A stretch of 64,000 nucleotides of DNA from a bacterium. Lineage in GTDB: Bacteria; Patescibacteriota; Microgenomatia; Daviesbacterales; UBA10151. Position numbers and translations under genes: made by a program. Positions 17,018 to 26,996 of this stretch are shown piece by piece; position 1 is the first letter of the stretch; the number at the start of each line of letters is the position of its first letter. The DNA is taken from NCBI GenBank assembly GCA_021786105.1, contig JAJYNW010000015.1, positions 1-64,000 on the forward strand, read 5' to 3'. The notes under the pieces were generated by a model, which saw only the letters and a list, made by a program, of their open reading frames with translations, ran no database searches and had not been told where the DNA came from.

Positions 17018-17857
17018 TTATTTTCCTAGACTCTTGACTCTAGTCACTAGACTCTCTAATCCGCCCCAGCCGGAAATCCGATGCTGTTGGATTATTCCCA
17101 GTATTGTATACGTATTCCAATAAATTGCAAGCCCCGCCGGAAAAGAGAAAGCAAAATAGCCAATCATGATCGGCATCAAATACACCATTTGAGACTGAAC
17201 CTGAGTCATGCTTTCTTCTACAGTTTCTTTCTCCTTCTTCTCTTTGGATGAATCAGTCGGGTAAGGCTTAACCGGTTTCGGCAAAGTCATCTGCGACTGA
17301 ATAAAAGTTAAGACTGCTGTCAGCAGGGGGATTAACAACAAAAAAACACCATGACTGTCAAACTGTGAAGGCCTGATACCTAAATTAATGCCAAAAAAAT
17401 TCGGGTCAATGGTGGCCGGCAGTTTCAGTTGGGGAAAATATAGTAAAGAGTTAATTTTATCCAGGTGGCCGCCTGCTCCCGGCAAGATATTAATGATTGA
17501 TTGATAAAGGGCAATAAAAACCGGAATCTGGATTACCGCCGGCAAACAGCCACCAGCCGGGTTGACCCCGTGTTCCTTATAAAGCGCCATTTGGGCAGCA
17601 GCCAAGGCTTGCTTATCGTCTTTAAGTTTTACCTTTAAAGCATCCAAGTGAGGTTTTAGCTCCGCCATCTTTTTAGTCGCCTTCATTTGAGAAGCCATAA
17701 ACGGCCAAACCAAAAGTCTAATTAATACAGTTAAAATCAGGATGGAAAAACCCAAGGCTCCGGGAATATGCAATCCTTGCAAACCTTGAAATATTAATAC
17801 CAGTAAATTTATCACTGGAGCAAAAAATATTAAATTAAAAATATCACCAATGTTCAT
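17018..17857 (-). CDS. yidC: membrane protein insertase YidC
   Basis: LYKEHGVNPAGGCLP..IQIPVFIALY and PAGLAIYW motifs. Confidence 0.94.
   Translation of the reverse strand: MNIGDIFNLIFFAPVINLLVLIFQGLQGLHIPGALGFSILILTVLIRLLVWPFMASQMKATKKMAELKPHLDALKVKLKDDKQALAAAQMALYKEHGVNPAGGCLPAVIQIPVFIALYQSIINILPGAGGHLDKINSLLYFPQLKLPATIDPNFFGINLGIRPSQFDSHGVFLLLIPLLTAVLTFIQSQMTLPKPVKPYPTDSSKEKKEKETVEESMTQVQSQMVYLMPIMIGYFAFSFPAGLAIYWNTYTILGIIQQHRISGWGGLESLVTRVKSLGK
17026..17058. repeat. 7-nt-periodic element arm encoded in the yidC C-terminus
   Basis: CTAGACTCTTGACTCTAGTCACTAGACTCTCTA, same family as 2001/29269/41770/42156/47855. Confidence 0.65.
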
Positions 17858-17862
17858 AATAT

Positions 17863-18063
17863 TTATCTACAACTCCAAATTCTTTGAGCACCCATTTTAA
17901 CACCTTGAACTACCCCATGTTTTACAATCATTCGTTTAGCATACTCAGAACAACTGACTTCGTAACGGCAAGCCCCGCCCGGAGCAAAAATAGCCAAAAC
18001 TCCTTTATCAAAAGAAAGGAACGCCTGATAAAAATCAATTATGCTAACCAATAATTTTTTCAC
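17863..18063 (-). CDS. yidD: membrane protein insertion efficiency factor YidD
   Basis: CRY.VSCSEY...HG...RI.SC motif; synteny. Confidence 0.88.
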   Translation of the reverse strand: MKKLLVSIIDFYQAFLSFDKGVLAIFAPGGACRYEVSCSEYAKRMIVKHGVVQGVKMGAQRIWSCR

Positions 18064-18382
18064 TTTGTAATATTGCCTCCAGATCCAAAAGAACGTCTCC
18101 TAATTTTACCTCAATTACCCCGGCCTTGGGAAGAGCGACTATATTAATAGCAGACGGCAGGCTAGAGTAAAGAGACCCAAAAGCCGCTGATACTACTCTT
18201 TTTGCTTTATTCCGATCTGTAGCTTTTTTGAAAACCTTCGAAGAAACTGCCACTCCTACCTTAGGAAATTCGTTGTTTCCCATTTTGATAAACAGCTTTA
18301 AATACTTTGTTTCCAATTTCTTACCGGCCGCTACCCACTTAAAATCTTTTTTTAAATTTAGTCTTTGAGGCTTAGGAAGCAT
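18044..18382 (-). CDS. rnpA: ribonuclease P protein component
   Basis: MLPK..RL...DF and GVAVSSKV.KKATDRNK.KR motifs; synteny. Confidence 0.9.
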   Translation of the reverse strand: MLPKPQRLNLKKDFKWVAAGKKLETKYLKLFIKMGNNEFPKVGVAVSSKVFKKATDRNKAKRVVSAAFGSLYSSLPSAINIVALPKAGVIEVKLGDVLLDLEAILQSEKIIG

Positions 18383-18519
18383 TAAACTGTCAGTCGAGCT
18401 CTACCCGTTGTCCTTCTTCTCTTTAAGACCTTCTGTCCGCCAGCAGTTGCTGTCCTGGCTCTGAAACCGTGTTTTCTTTGCCTTTTTAATTTTTTTGGCT
18501 GATAAGTTCTTTTTGGCAT
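18382..18519 (-). CDS. rpmH: 50S ribosomal protein L34 (not in ORF track)
   Basis: Translates [45 protein letters not shown]. Confidence 0.95.
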   Translation of the reverse strand: MPKRTYQPKKLKRQRKHGFRARTATAGGQKVLKRRRTTGRARLTV

Positions 18520-18595
18520 ATTGGAAGTATATCATAACTTGATCTACTTTTTAATAGTTCCTCTATATTGCGTGAAAAGAAACGGTAGATTAAAT

Positions 18596-18614
18596 TGTGG
18601 ATAACTTTTCAACA
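18596..18614. promoter_or_regulatory. DnaA boxes upstream of dnaA
   Basis: Perfect TGTGGATAA at 18596-18604 and near-match TTTTCAACA at 18606-18614. Confidence 0.75.
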
Positions 18615-18637
18615 GTTCGATAAACTCACTGTAAACT

Positions 18638-19969
18638 ATGGATAATTTAAGGCTTTGGCACAAATTTTTAGAATCTGTTAAATCTGAGGTCGGTCCGGCC
18701 AACTATAAAGCCTGGTTTTTAAAAACCTCCCTAAAAAGCTTTACGGAAGAAAAAGTTATTCTCTCTACTCCCAATGCTTTTATTAAAGAAACTTTAAATC
18801 AAAAATATCTATCGATTATTGAAGCGAATTTTGAAAAACTGATTGGCAAAAGAGTATCGATTGAATTTATTATCAAAGAAACTGAAGCTACAATAGAGGA
18901 GGAGCCAGCGGAAGAAGACTTTTTCCAACCAGTCCAAGCCCCGGTCTCTGTTTTAAACCCCAAGTATACCTTATCCAACTATGTCGTCGGCCCCTCTAAT
19001 AATGTAGCTTACGCCGCCGCCCAGGCCATTGTCCAAAACCCCGGTACCTCTTACAACCCGCTATTTATTTATGGCGGCACTGGAGTAGGTAAGACTCACT
19101 TAATGCTTGGCATCGGCAACGGAATTTTAATCAAAAAACCCCACGCCAAAATTATCTATGCTCCTTCAGAAAAATTTATGAATGATTATGTAGCAGCTAT
19201 CCAGACTAATAAAATGAGGGATTTGCGAAACAAATACCGCTCCCCGGATGTATTGCTGGTAGATGATATTCAATTTTTCTCCGGCCGGGAAGGTACCCAG
19301 GAAGAATTTTTCCACACCTTTAATGAATTGATCGGTAAAAACTGCCAAATTGTTTTGACCTCGGATAAATCACCTCACGAAATTGCCAAACTGGAAGATC
19401 GGCTTAAATCCCGTTTTGCCGGCGGGTTAATGATCGATATTCAAACCCCTGACTTTGATACCAGGGTAGCCATTCTGCGCTCAAAGTGTTTGGAGCATAA
19501 AGTCAACCTGCCGGAAGAAACTTTGAAAATATTGGCTGCATCTTTTGAAACCAACATCAGGGAACTGGAAGGACAATTAGTTGGCATCCTACAGCTTCTT
19601 CAGGCTCAAAACCTGCCTCCCACTACTGAAAATATCAGCCGGCATTTACAAACTAAAGCTCCTACCCAAAACGGTTTTAAGGTTGAACCCAAAAAAGTTT
19701 TGGAAACCGTCTGTCAGTATTTTAACCTTAACCAAAAAGAGCTAATCGGATCAAGGCGGCAAAAGGAATTGGTTCTACCGAGACATATCACTATGTTTAT
19801 CTTAAGTGAACACTTAAATTTAACTGTGGAAAAAATCGGACAAGTCTTAGGCGGTCGGGACCATACTACAGTTATGCACGGACGGGACAAAATCAAGAAA
19901 ATGGTGAATCAGGATAGGGAAGTACAACGGATGTTAATTGAGATTAAACAAAAGTTGATGGCCGCCTAA
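18638..19969 (+). CDS. dnaA: chromosomal replication initiator DnaA
   Basis: YNPLFIYGGTGVGKTHL, LLVDDIQF, QEEFFHTFN and GGRDHTTVMH motifs. Confidence 0.98.
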   Translation: MDNLRLWHKFLESVKSEVGPANYKAWFLKTSLKSFTEEKVILSTPNAFIKETLNQKYLSIIEANFEKLIGKRVSIEFIIKETEATIEEEPAEEDFFQPVQAPVSVLNPKYTLSNYVVGPSNNVAYAAAQAIVQNPGTSYNPLFIYGGTGVGKTHLMLGIGNGILIKKPHAKIIYAPSEKFMNDYVAAIQTNKMRDLRNKYRSPDVLLVDDIQFFSGREGTQEEFFHTFNELIGKNCQIVLTSDKSPHEIAKLEDRLKSRFAGGLMIDIQTPDFDTRVAILRSKCLEHKVNLPEETLKILAASFETNIRELEGQLVGILQLLQAQNLPPTTENISRHLQTKAPTQNGFKVEPKKVLETVCQYFNLNQKELIGSRRQKELVLPRHITMFILSEHLNLTVEKIGQVLGGRDHTTVMHGRDKIKKMVNQDREVQRMLIEIKQKLMAA

Positions 19970-20150
19970 AGTTATCCACCAGGTTTTACCACTTTTCCAC
20001 AATCTATCCACTGCTAATAAACAAGCCGTAAACACGAAAATTTACCAAAAAGCGAAGCTAGTTTTCGACTTACCAACATATCCACCAACTATACTAATAC
20101 TACTAATGTTTAATAAATTATGTAGTATAATCGAACATACCTGTGGATAA
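19970..20150. other. replication origin oriC (DnaA boxes, DnaA-trio-like run, AT-rich unwinding element)
   Basis: TTATCCACC 19972, TTTTCCACA 19993, CTATCCACT 20004, TTACCAACA 20070, ATATCCACC 20078, CTATACTAATACTACTAAT about 20089-20107, AT-rich tract, TGTGGATAA 20142; + strand appears to switch from C-rich to G-rich here. Confidence 0.8.
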
Positions 20151-20598
20151 CTTCAACTGGGCGCTGATTACAGCCTTATTCTTACTTTTAATAATAGCTT
20201 ATTTAATCGGAAGACTTCATAACAGAAAGTCAGCAGATATACCCACCGACTTAATTGATCTGTATAAAGGAGTGCAGGATTTACCAGCCCGAGTTTTACA
20301 AACCATTCAGGGGTCAATTAATCCCCAAAAGGGTAAGATGGCTGAGCTGCTAACTTATGCAGAATTACGTTATGATTATGACCGAATTGTGCCGTTGGGT
20401 TGGCCAATTGATTTTATTGGTATTAAAAATAATGAACGGATTGACTTTATCGAGGTTAAGTCCGGTCAATTTCATGTCTTGACAGAAGAGGAAAAACACA
20501 TTAAAAACCTTATAGCTGCCGGCCGGGTTAATTTTAGGTTAATCAAAGTGACTGAAGAAGAAGTTCAAAGGTTCGTTTCTGCTCGGGAAAGGAAATAA
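20143..20598 (+). CDS. membrane-anchored endonuclease related to archaeal Holliday-junction resolvase
   Basis: N-terminal TM; GK.AE, LG.PIDFI, FIEVKSG...L...EK.IK motifs. Confidence 0.7.
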   Translation: MDNFNWALITALFLLLIIAYLIGRLHNRKSADIPTDLIDLYKGVQDLPARVLQTIQGSINPQKGKMAELLTYAELRYDYDRIVPLGWPIDFIGIKNNERIDFIEVKSGQFHVLTEEEKHIKNLIAAGRVNFRLIKVTEEEVQRFVSARERK

Positions 20599-20600
20599 TA

Positions 20601-20673
20601 GCTATCAGTCATCAGCTTTCAGCTATCAGATTTAAAAAGTCTGAAGACTGACGACTGAAGACTGACGACTGAT
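20601..20673. repeat. 7-nt-periodic palindrome upstream of dnaN (TCAG/CTGA family)
   Basis: GCTATCAGTCATCAGCTTTCAGCTATCAG...CTGAAGACTGACGACTGAAGACTGACGACTGAT-ATG. Confidence 0.75.
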
Positions 20674-21774
20674 ATGAAATTTACTGTATTACAACAAGAC
20701 TTACTACCTTCTCTGCAGGCAGCAGCCAGATCAGTAGGTGTCAGGTCCACCCTGCCGGTTTTAGATAACATCTTACTCTCGGTTGAAAGCAAAAAGTTAA
20801 AGATCGCTGCAACCAATTTAGAAGTGGGGGTGATTAAATATATTAACGTGGAAGAGGAAAGTCCCGGGGAAATTACTGTTCCGGCCAAAACTTTAGTAGA
20901 GTTGGTGTCCGGATTAGGACCAGATAAGCTGAGTATAGTAGCAGAGGGTGAAGTGTTAACGGTTGAGTCCGGCAAACTAAAAGCTTCCATTAATGGTATT
21001 TCGGCTGGTGAATTTCCGGTTATTCCTTTATCTTCCGGCTCCGGTGTTGATTTTCCCAAAGCAGCCTTTTTAACCTCTTCCCAGATTTTATTTGCCTCAG
21101 CAGTTGATGAGGGTCGGCCGGTTCTAACCGGGATTTTCACGGAAGTTAACGACGGCAAGCTAGACTTTGTGGCTACTGATGGTTTTAGGTTGGCTCACCG
21201 CCGGTTGGAAGTACCTAAAGATCAAGCTCAGTTTAGAAGCTTGATTCCCCGGCGGACCTTTGAAGAGGTGTTGCGATTGATGTCAGAAGAAGATGTAGAT
21301 CAGGTTAATATTGCCACTTCCCAAAATCAAAACCAGATTGTCTTTACTTTAGGTAATACCATTGTCTCGTCTCGCTTGATTGAGGGACAATTCCCGGCCT
21401 GGGGTAAGATTATCCCGCAAAAAATTGTAGCCAGAGCCATGGTGGAGAAGGATGAACTGTTAAAAGCGATTAAACTGGCCGCTATCTTTGCCAAAAATGA
21501 AGCTAATATTGTGGTTCTGACTACCAAAAAAGGTCTCTTGAAATTAGAATCTCATACCAAAGAAGTTGGCAGCCAGGAAAATGAGATTGAAGGCGAGATT
21601 GAGGGTGAGGAGCTAAAGATTGCTTTTAATACCAAATTTCTACTCGATGCTGTGTCTAACTCTCCTGCCACCAAAGTGATGATGGAATTTTCCGGCCCTT
21701 TGTCTGCAGCTATTATTAAACCGGTTGGAGTTGAGGGGTTGGAATATATTGTGATGCCGGTTAGACTGAGTTAA
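20674..21774 (+). CDS. dnaN: DNA polymerase III beta sliding clamp
   Basis: TLPVLDNIL, ATNLE, RPVLTG, ATDGFRLA, SRLIEGQFP and IVMPVR motifs. Confidence 0.97.
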   Translation: MKFTVLQQDLLPSLQAAARSVGVRSTLPVLDNILLSVESKKLKIAATNLEVGVIKYINVEEESPGEITVPAKTLVELVSGLGPDKLSIVAEGEVLTVESGKLKASINGISAGEFPVIPLSSGSGVDFPKAAFLTSSQILFASAVDEGRPVLTGIFTEVNDGKLDFVATDGFRLAHRRLEVPKDQAQFRSLIPRRTFEEVLRLMSEEDVDQVNIATSQNQNQIVFTLGNTIVSSRLIEGQFPAWGKIIPQKIVARAMVEKDELLKAIKLAAIFAKNEANIVVLTTKKGLLKLESHTKEVGSQENEIEGEIEGEELKIAFNTKFLLDAVSNSPATKVMMEFSGPLSAAIIKPVGVEGLEYIVMPVRLS

Positions 21775-21781
21775 TTCCTTT

Positions 21782-21853
21782 TTGTCATCCTGAGGCGATT
21801 AGCCGAAGGATCTCAAGACTAATCTAGATTCTTCGCTTCGCTCAGAATGACAA
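21782..21853. repeat. REP-like palindromic element (GTCATCCTGAG...CTCAGAATGAC family)
   Basis: TTGTCATCCTGAG/CTCAGAATGACAA outer arms and GAAGGATCT/AGATTCTTC inner arms, between convergent genes. Confidence 0.85.
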
Positions 21854-21855
21854 TT

Positions 21856-22314
21856 CTAAACACCCGTATACTTAATCGTCCTGAAATGGAAGATTTTCTC
21901 TTCTCCCCATCTGCCTACTCCGTCAAATTTGGTATCTGGGCCAATAAATAAGGTAAAGGTGGTGCCCAGCGGGTAGGGTTTGGCTGGAATAATCCTGGCG
22001 GTTTTTCGGTCCCCGGAAAGCTCGACTTTGTAACCTATCTCCGGTTCCATCCGGCTCTTAAATTCCCCCACATTTTCCAGTGATCGGTTAAAGGTAATTT
22101 CGACAACATCGGTAGCTCCCACGATATTATCTTCCAAAGGATCAGGTTTGGTGGAAATAATCTGCGGTTTGTCGTTTTCAGAAACCTGAATAGGTTTTTT
22201 ATCCGAGGAGCTTGTAGTGGGTTTACTGGAAATTCCTTTCAGAAAGATTATTACCAGTATAATCCCTATAATCACTATCCCAGTAATAATTTTTTGTTTT
22301 GAAGTTTTCAGCAT
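21856..22314 (-). CDS. membrane-anchored Ig-like (Big_5-like) domain protein
   Basis: N-terminal TM; IISTKP...ITFN...I.P...T.FTL pattern; ATG 22314 preferred. Confidence 0.6.
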   Translation of the reverse strand: MLKTSKQKIITGIVIIGIILVIIFLKGISSKPTTSSSDKKPIQVSENDKPQIISTKPDPLEDNIVGATDVVEITFNRSLENVGEFKSRMEPEIGYKVELSGDRKTARIIPAKPYPLGTTFTLFIGPDTKFDGVGRWGEEKIFHFRTIKYTGV

Positions 22315-22318
22315 ATTC

Positions 22319-22807
22319 TTATTTATAAATAGTATCAATTTCCATATATTGTTTATCAATATTTTGCTCTGCCAAAAATTGGTTAAACTCTTGTTGTCCT
22401 TGATCCGGGTTATCCTTATTTAGCTCTAATGTAAACAAATTGTTCTTTATATTATAAGTTAAAGTAAAGTTTGTCCCTTTGTAAGGGAGCTTTAAGAGTA
22501 ATTGACTAATTCTTTGCCTTTTTGCCAAATAAACATCTTGATTAGCCTGGTCTTGTCGGTATTTTTGTACTAGGGCCGGATCAGTATTTGGCCCGACTCC
22601 ATTAGATGCCCCCTCAGGCATGATTGTTGGATGAGGCGTAAATGGAATATTTGGTTTTGAGCTTGGAGACGGAGCGGTTAAGACGGGAGGTGGAGCAGGA
22701 GGGAGTCTTTTCGTATTTGAGAGAATAAAAAGGGTTGCGGCTAGGGTAAAAATTAGGGCTATAAGGATAAAAATAGTTATTTTTTTGCCGATACCCAGAA
22801 AGTTCAT
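22319..22807 (-). CDS. hypothetical membrane-anchored Pro-rich protein (T4SS locus)
   Basis: N-terminal TM, Pro-rich linker; tightly packed with the hydrolase gene. Confidence 0.6.
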   Translation of the reverse strand: MNFLGIGKKITIFILIALIFTLAATLFILSNTKRLPPAPPPVLTAPSPSSKPNIPFTPHPTIMPEGASNGVGPNTDPALVQKYRQDQANQDVYLAKRQRISQLLLKLPYKGTNFTLTYNIKNNLFTLELNKDNPDQGQQEFNQFLAEQNIDKQYMEIDTIYK

Positions 22808-22808
22808 T

Positions 22809-25229
22809 TTAATTACCTTTCCTTTTTATAGCTGCTGCAAAAAACCATGGGTGCGATTTATTATACTCTACACTATCAGGAATTAAGCTAATTAGTTTAT
22901 TGCTAATCCATTGATTGGAATCATATTGGGAAGTATGTTCTGGTCGGCAATTTACAGGGTCCTCAACATGGACAAGGTTTTGATTGATGTTAACATCGTC
23001 AATGGCAAAGATATGATCAACAACGCCTTGCTTAAGAGATCCGGGTCCGCAACCGCCGGGGTTCGGGCAGGGAAATTGATGAGAAGAGGCCACAATTAAA
23101 TAGCCATTGTCTAAATATTCTTTTGCTTGGGTTAAATTAAGACTGCCGTCAGCATTTAATGCCAGATATTGGTAAGTGAAATTATCGTTAAACCAGGTAC
23201 TATTGCTAAAGAACAAACTCATGGTACTGCCGTAATTGCCGCAAGACCGGGCACCGGTATCTCTAAACATTTGGTCTATTTCTACCGGGGTTTTAACCAG
23301 ACCAAGGCTGGAAACAACAATAGCCGTTGAGCTTGGGCCACAGCCGTAATAATTAATACTGCAAGCATACTGCCAGGCCGGGTCGTCTTCACAGTAAAAT
23401 TTGATATTTGGTTTTCCTCCGGGTAGAGGATTAGAGGAGGATTGACAGCTGTTGTAGCTTTTCCACAGGTCATCGCCATAATCGTAGGGGCCGCTGACGC
23501 AAGGATTATAATTCGGATCCTGCTTCTTTTTAGCAGTAATTGCCTCAGGTGTATCATATTTAGTACAGTTTGAAGGATCAGTGAGTCTTGCCCCGCTATA
23601 GTACATCGAAGCGATATCTCGGACAGTATTTTCGTTCCAGTCACCCGGCAGTTTATCAGTTTTAATTTTTAAAGCGGCCGCAGTGATTGAGTCGCGGATG
23701 CTATAGATTCTAAAGACATTTGCGGGAGCCATCGAGTTTTGCGGGTCAACAGTGTTTTTAACAGAGGTCTTATTAAATAAAGTTTTCAGGTCAGAAGAAT
23801 AGCTGTTAAAGATATTGGTAAATGTCCCGGGCATAAATTGCATAATTCCAATAGCTCCTTCTTCACTGCTTTTTGCTTCATAATCATTAGTTAAATAGTC
23901 AGCGGTTGAGCTAAAAGCGCTGGGAGATTCGACTCTCATGATTCCAGCCAAAATTGCTGCAGGAACGCCAACTTTATCGGATATATCAGTGAACAACCCA
24001 GCCATGGCTGGGTTGTTTAATTTCATTCCAGCATTAGCTCCATCTCCTCCCCTGTAAAAAGTACAAGAGGTGATATCTCCACCTCCTGGTGAGGGAGCTA
24101 TTGGTATAACTCCGGTTGGGTTATTGCCGCCGATTATGGTTAATCCTCCTACCAGCATCATAAAACCCAGTATGCCAAACAAAAACAGCAGCCACTTTTT
24201 GCTTTTGACGTTTTTACCAAATGAGGATACTGTCTGTCTGCCGCCTCTGCCGAATCGGTTAAATTTCCCAAAGATGCTTCTGCTGCCTCCGCCAAATCCG
24301 CCCGGATTGGCAATAGTGGTCAGGTTGCTGACTAGTCCGGTGCCCATCCGTCCTAAAAATGGGTTAGCGCTTTCCAGTCCGGTTTTGGCTGCTCCAAATA
24401 TTCCCCGGCCGATTCTGCCTAAATTTTTCTTGGCAAATATCTGCGTATTTGATCCAAAAGTTTTAAGGAAACTGGGGGTTTTGATGGTGTGTTCTCCAAA
24501 AACTCTGCCATCGCTTCTGGCTACGGCTATCTTTGATGGAGGTGTTTTTGTCTCAATAATTGATCCGTTTTCTCGGGCCAGGATCAATTTTGGTGTTTCC
24601 GGGCCCGGACCTTTGGGAAGATTGGGTTGGCTTAGGGGGTGCTCCGTAACTGTCCCGGCTTTATTTTCAGTAAACAAAGTTGAGCCGGGTTTTTCGGCAA
24701 TTTTCCCTTCGCTGGTGGCCAGTGCTATTTTGGGGGTTTGGGGTTGAGGGGTGGGTTGGTTAACAAACACCACACGGCCTGGTCTGGGAGAAATGACTGG
24801 ACCGGACGGTAAACCCATACCCGGCATGCCGCCGGCAGTAGCACCGGGCGTGGTTTGGGGGGCGTTGGCTGGAGTTTGTTCCGGCGTAATTTCATATTTG
24901 TCTGCTTGTTCGACGGCCTCACCATCAATAACAAATCTACCTTCCAGCGCCTGATTTAATTCAGCTCCTTCGTTGGCCACAAACTTACCTAAAATGCTGT
25001 TTTTGACATTTTTATAATCTTTTAAATGCTCAATTAGTGCTTCGTCTTTGAGTCCTTTTAGGGTCGGGTCTTTTGCGCGCAGCAAATTAAAACACTCTGC
25101 CCGATCCACAGTAAACCGCTGCCCTTTAATTGTGACGGTTCCTTTAGGGGGGATATTTTCCGCATGAAAGTGAGCTTTAGTCAGGACAAAGATAAAGACT
25201 TTTAGTTTGTCAAAATCTGAATATGCCAT
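22809..25229 (-). CDS. bifunctional cell-wall hydrolase: lytic transglycosylase (SLT) plus C39-like peptidase; VirB1-like
   Basis: TM; GVPAAILAGIMRVES...GAIGIMQFMPGTF (SLT); DPAW...GCGPSS.A...H.F.I...V.DP (C39-like). Confidence 0.75.
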   Translation of the reverse strand: MAYSDFDKLKVFIFVLTKAHFHAENIPPKGTVTIKGQRFTVDRAECFNLLRAKDPTLKGLKDEALIEHLKDYKNVKNSILGKFVANEGAELNQALEGRFVIDGEAVEQADKYEITPEQTPANAPQTTPGATAGGMPGMGLPSGPVISPRPGRVVFVNQPTPQPQTPKIALATSEGKIAEKPGSTLFTENKAGTVTEHPLSQPNLPKGPGPETPKLILARENGSIIETKTPPSKIAVARSDGRVFGEHTIKTPSFLKTFGSNTQIFAKKNLGRIGRGIFGAAKTGLESANPFLGRMGTGLVSNLTTIANPGGFGGGSRSIFGKFNRFGRGGRQTVSSFGKNVKSKKWLLFLFGILGFMMLVGGLTIIGGNNPTGVIPIAPSPGGGDITSCTFYRGGDGANAGMKLNNPAMAGLFTDISDKVGVPAAILAGIMRVESPSAFSSTADYLTNDYEAKSSEEGAIGIMQFMPGTFTNIFNSYSSDLKTLFNKTSVKNTVDPQNSMAPANVFRIYSIRDSITAAALKIKTDKLPGDWNENTVRDIASMYYSGARLTDPSNCTKYDTPEAITAKKKQDPNYNPCVSGPYDYGDDLWKSYNSCQSSSNPLPGGKPNIKFYCEDDPAWQYACSINYYGCGPSSTAIVVSSLGLVKTPVEIDQMFRDTGARSCGNYGSTMSLFFSNSTWFNDNFTYQYLALNADGSLNLTQAKEYLDNGYLIVASSHQFPCPNPGGCGPGSLKQGVVDHIFAIDDVNINQNLVHVEDPVNCRPEHTSQYDSNQWISNKLISLIPDSVEYNKSHPWFFAAAIKRKGN

Positions 25230-25232
25230 AAA

Positions 25233-26996
25233 TTATTTTCCGTTTTGTTTTGCCAAAATTTCCTCCGGGTTGGTAGTAATTAGCTGATGTTCCTGCGGGG
25301 AGGCCACCACCCGCATGGCCACATGAGTGTTGCCGGCAAAAAATATACCCTCGCCGATCCCCTCTGATAACAGCAGTCTTTGCTCCCCTTCTGACAGGTT
25401 GAAAACATGAGCCAGCAATTCGATGGAGGAAGGGGCTTGTTTTAAAAGGATTTGAATGGATGAATTAGAGATAATTTCTTTGCCTCTTTCAGTGGCCAGG
25501 AAATCTTCAATGTCTTGAGTGATGGTGGTGAGTCCTAAATAGTATTTGCGGGCCCGCTTGGCCATATCCACCAAAAAGTCCGCTGAATCCTGGTTGCGCA
25601 TCAAATACCAGGCTTCATCCACAATCAGAATTCTTCGTTTCAATTTGCCACGGATTTTGGTCCAAATATAATCTAAGATCATGTGGATGGCCAGGGGCCT
25701 GAGTTGATCCGGTAGGTCGCGGACAGAAAAGACCGTAAAGGAGTTGGACAGGTCAACATTCGATTGCGAGGAGAAGATGCCGGCTAACGATCCTTTGATA
25801 AATCTTTCCAGTCGGGCGGCCAGTTCGGCTGCGGCTGGTTCTTCCATACCGAGTAGAACTTTATATAAATCTTCCATTAAGGGTGGCACTCTATTCTGAG
25901 TTTTTGGATCATCGGTAATACCCTTGAGCTGGTAAGTTTGTTTGAGGCTGCGGTCTAAAATGGCCGCTTCTTGGGCATTTAAGTTGCCTAAAACAATTTT
26001 CAAAAATGTTGTTAAAGACAAAATTTTCCGGCCTAGTTCATTTTCGCCTTCACTCAGCTCCCCTGACATATCAAAAGGGTTAATCTTGACCGGGCTGGCA
26101 GCGGAAAAATTGATGTATTCTCCGCCTACGGCTTGAGATAACGGGAGGTATTCCTGTTCGGGATCAATGACAATAATTTCTGCCCCAAACATTAATGATC
26201 TTAAGGCTTCCAGTTTTACCAAATAAGATTTACCGGCGCCGGCTTTGGCAAATATCACCGAATTGGCATTTTCTAAAGAGAAGCGGTCGAATAAAATCAG
26301 CGAGCCGTTGTGCTCATTAATACCATACATGATTCCTTCGTTAGCTGTTAGTTCTGATGAGGCAAATGGGAAAGTGGTAGCCAGCGAGGTGGTATCCATA
26401 TTATGAGTAAGATTTAACAGATCAGTTCCTTGGGGTAAGGTCGACTTAAACCCGTCCTCCATTTGTAAAGTGGTTTGCCGGGCGGTGATAGATAATGAAG
26501 CTAGGGTGGACTCTACCAGTTTGGAGGTGTTTTGCAGTTCTTCCAAAGATTGGGCCGGAACAGTGACATAAAGGGCAAACTGGAAGAACCGCTCTACTCC
26601 CCTAACCAGCTGGTCTTGTAAAGTCCGGGCATCTTCTAGGGCTACCTCCACCGCCGGATCAACCGGCCGGCCGCGCTCCAAATCTGTTTGGATGGTGGCT
26701 TCCATTTCCGCCACTTTGCGTTTTAGTTCATCCAAAACCCCTTGTGATTTGGAAGGGTAGATAAACATGGAGATTAGCAGAGAATGATCAAAAGAAATGA
26801 GCGGTTCCAGCCAGTTGGGTTCAACAAATCTGGGGTAATCGGATACGAAGTAAGTTCGGAAGAAGCGGTGATCCAGCCGCAAGTTGCTAAAATCCACCTC
26901 AATTTCTGCCGGAGCCAAAACATCTTCTAAGGTTAGTTGAGGAATAGTTGGTTCGTCTTTGATTTTTGGCTTGTTTGACAGACTTGGTAGTTTCAT
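25233..26996 (-). CDS. virB4: VirB4/TraC-like ATPase
   Basis: AKAGAGKS Walker A, VIDPEQEY, LIVDEAW, RARKY and ITQD motifs. Confidence 0.9.
   Translation of the reverse strand: MKLPSLSNKPKIKDEPTIPQLTLEDVLAPAEIEVDFSNLRLDHRFFRTYFVSDYPRFVEPNWLEPLISFDHSLLISMFIYPSKSQGVLDELKRKVAEMEATIQTDLERGRPVDPAVEVALEDARTLQDQLVRGVERFFQFALYVTVPAQSLEELQNTSKLVESTLASLSITARQTTLQMEDGFKSTLPQGTDLLNLTHNMDTTSLATTFPFASSELTANEGIMYGINEHNGSLILFDRFSLENANSVIFAKAGAGKSYLVKLEALRSLMFGAEIIVIDPEQEYLPLSQAVGGEYINFSAASPVKINPFDMSGELSEGENELGRKILSLTTFLKIVLGNLNAQEAAILDRSLKQTYQLKGITDDPKTQNRVPPLMEDLYKVLLGMEEPAAAELAARLERFIKGSLAGIFSSQSNVDLSNSFTVFSVRDLPDQLRPLAIHMILDYIWTKIRGKLKRRILIVDEAWYLMRNQDSADFLVDMAKRARKYYLGLTTITQDIEDFLATERGKEIISNSSIQILLKQAPSSIELLAHVFNLSEGEQRLLLSEGIGEGIFFAGNTHVAMRVVASPQEHQLITTNPEEILAKQNGK

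Noticed and set aside
24070-24747. 225-aa plus-strand ORF and other long shadow ORFs (20619-21158, 55175-55684, 57535-57945)
   Set aside because: Antisense to well-supported genes, with no motifs of their own
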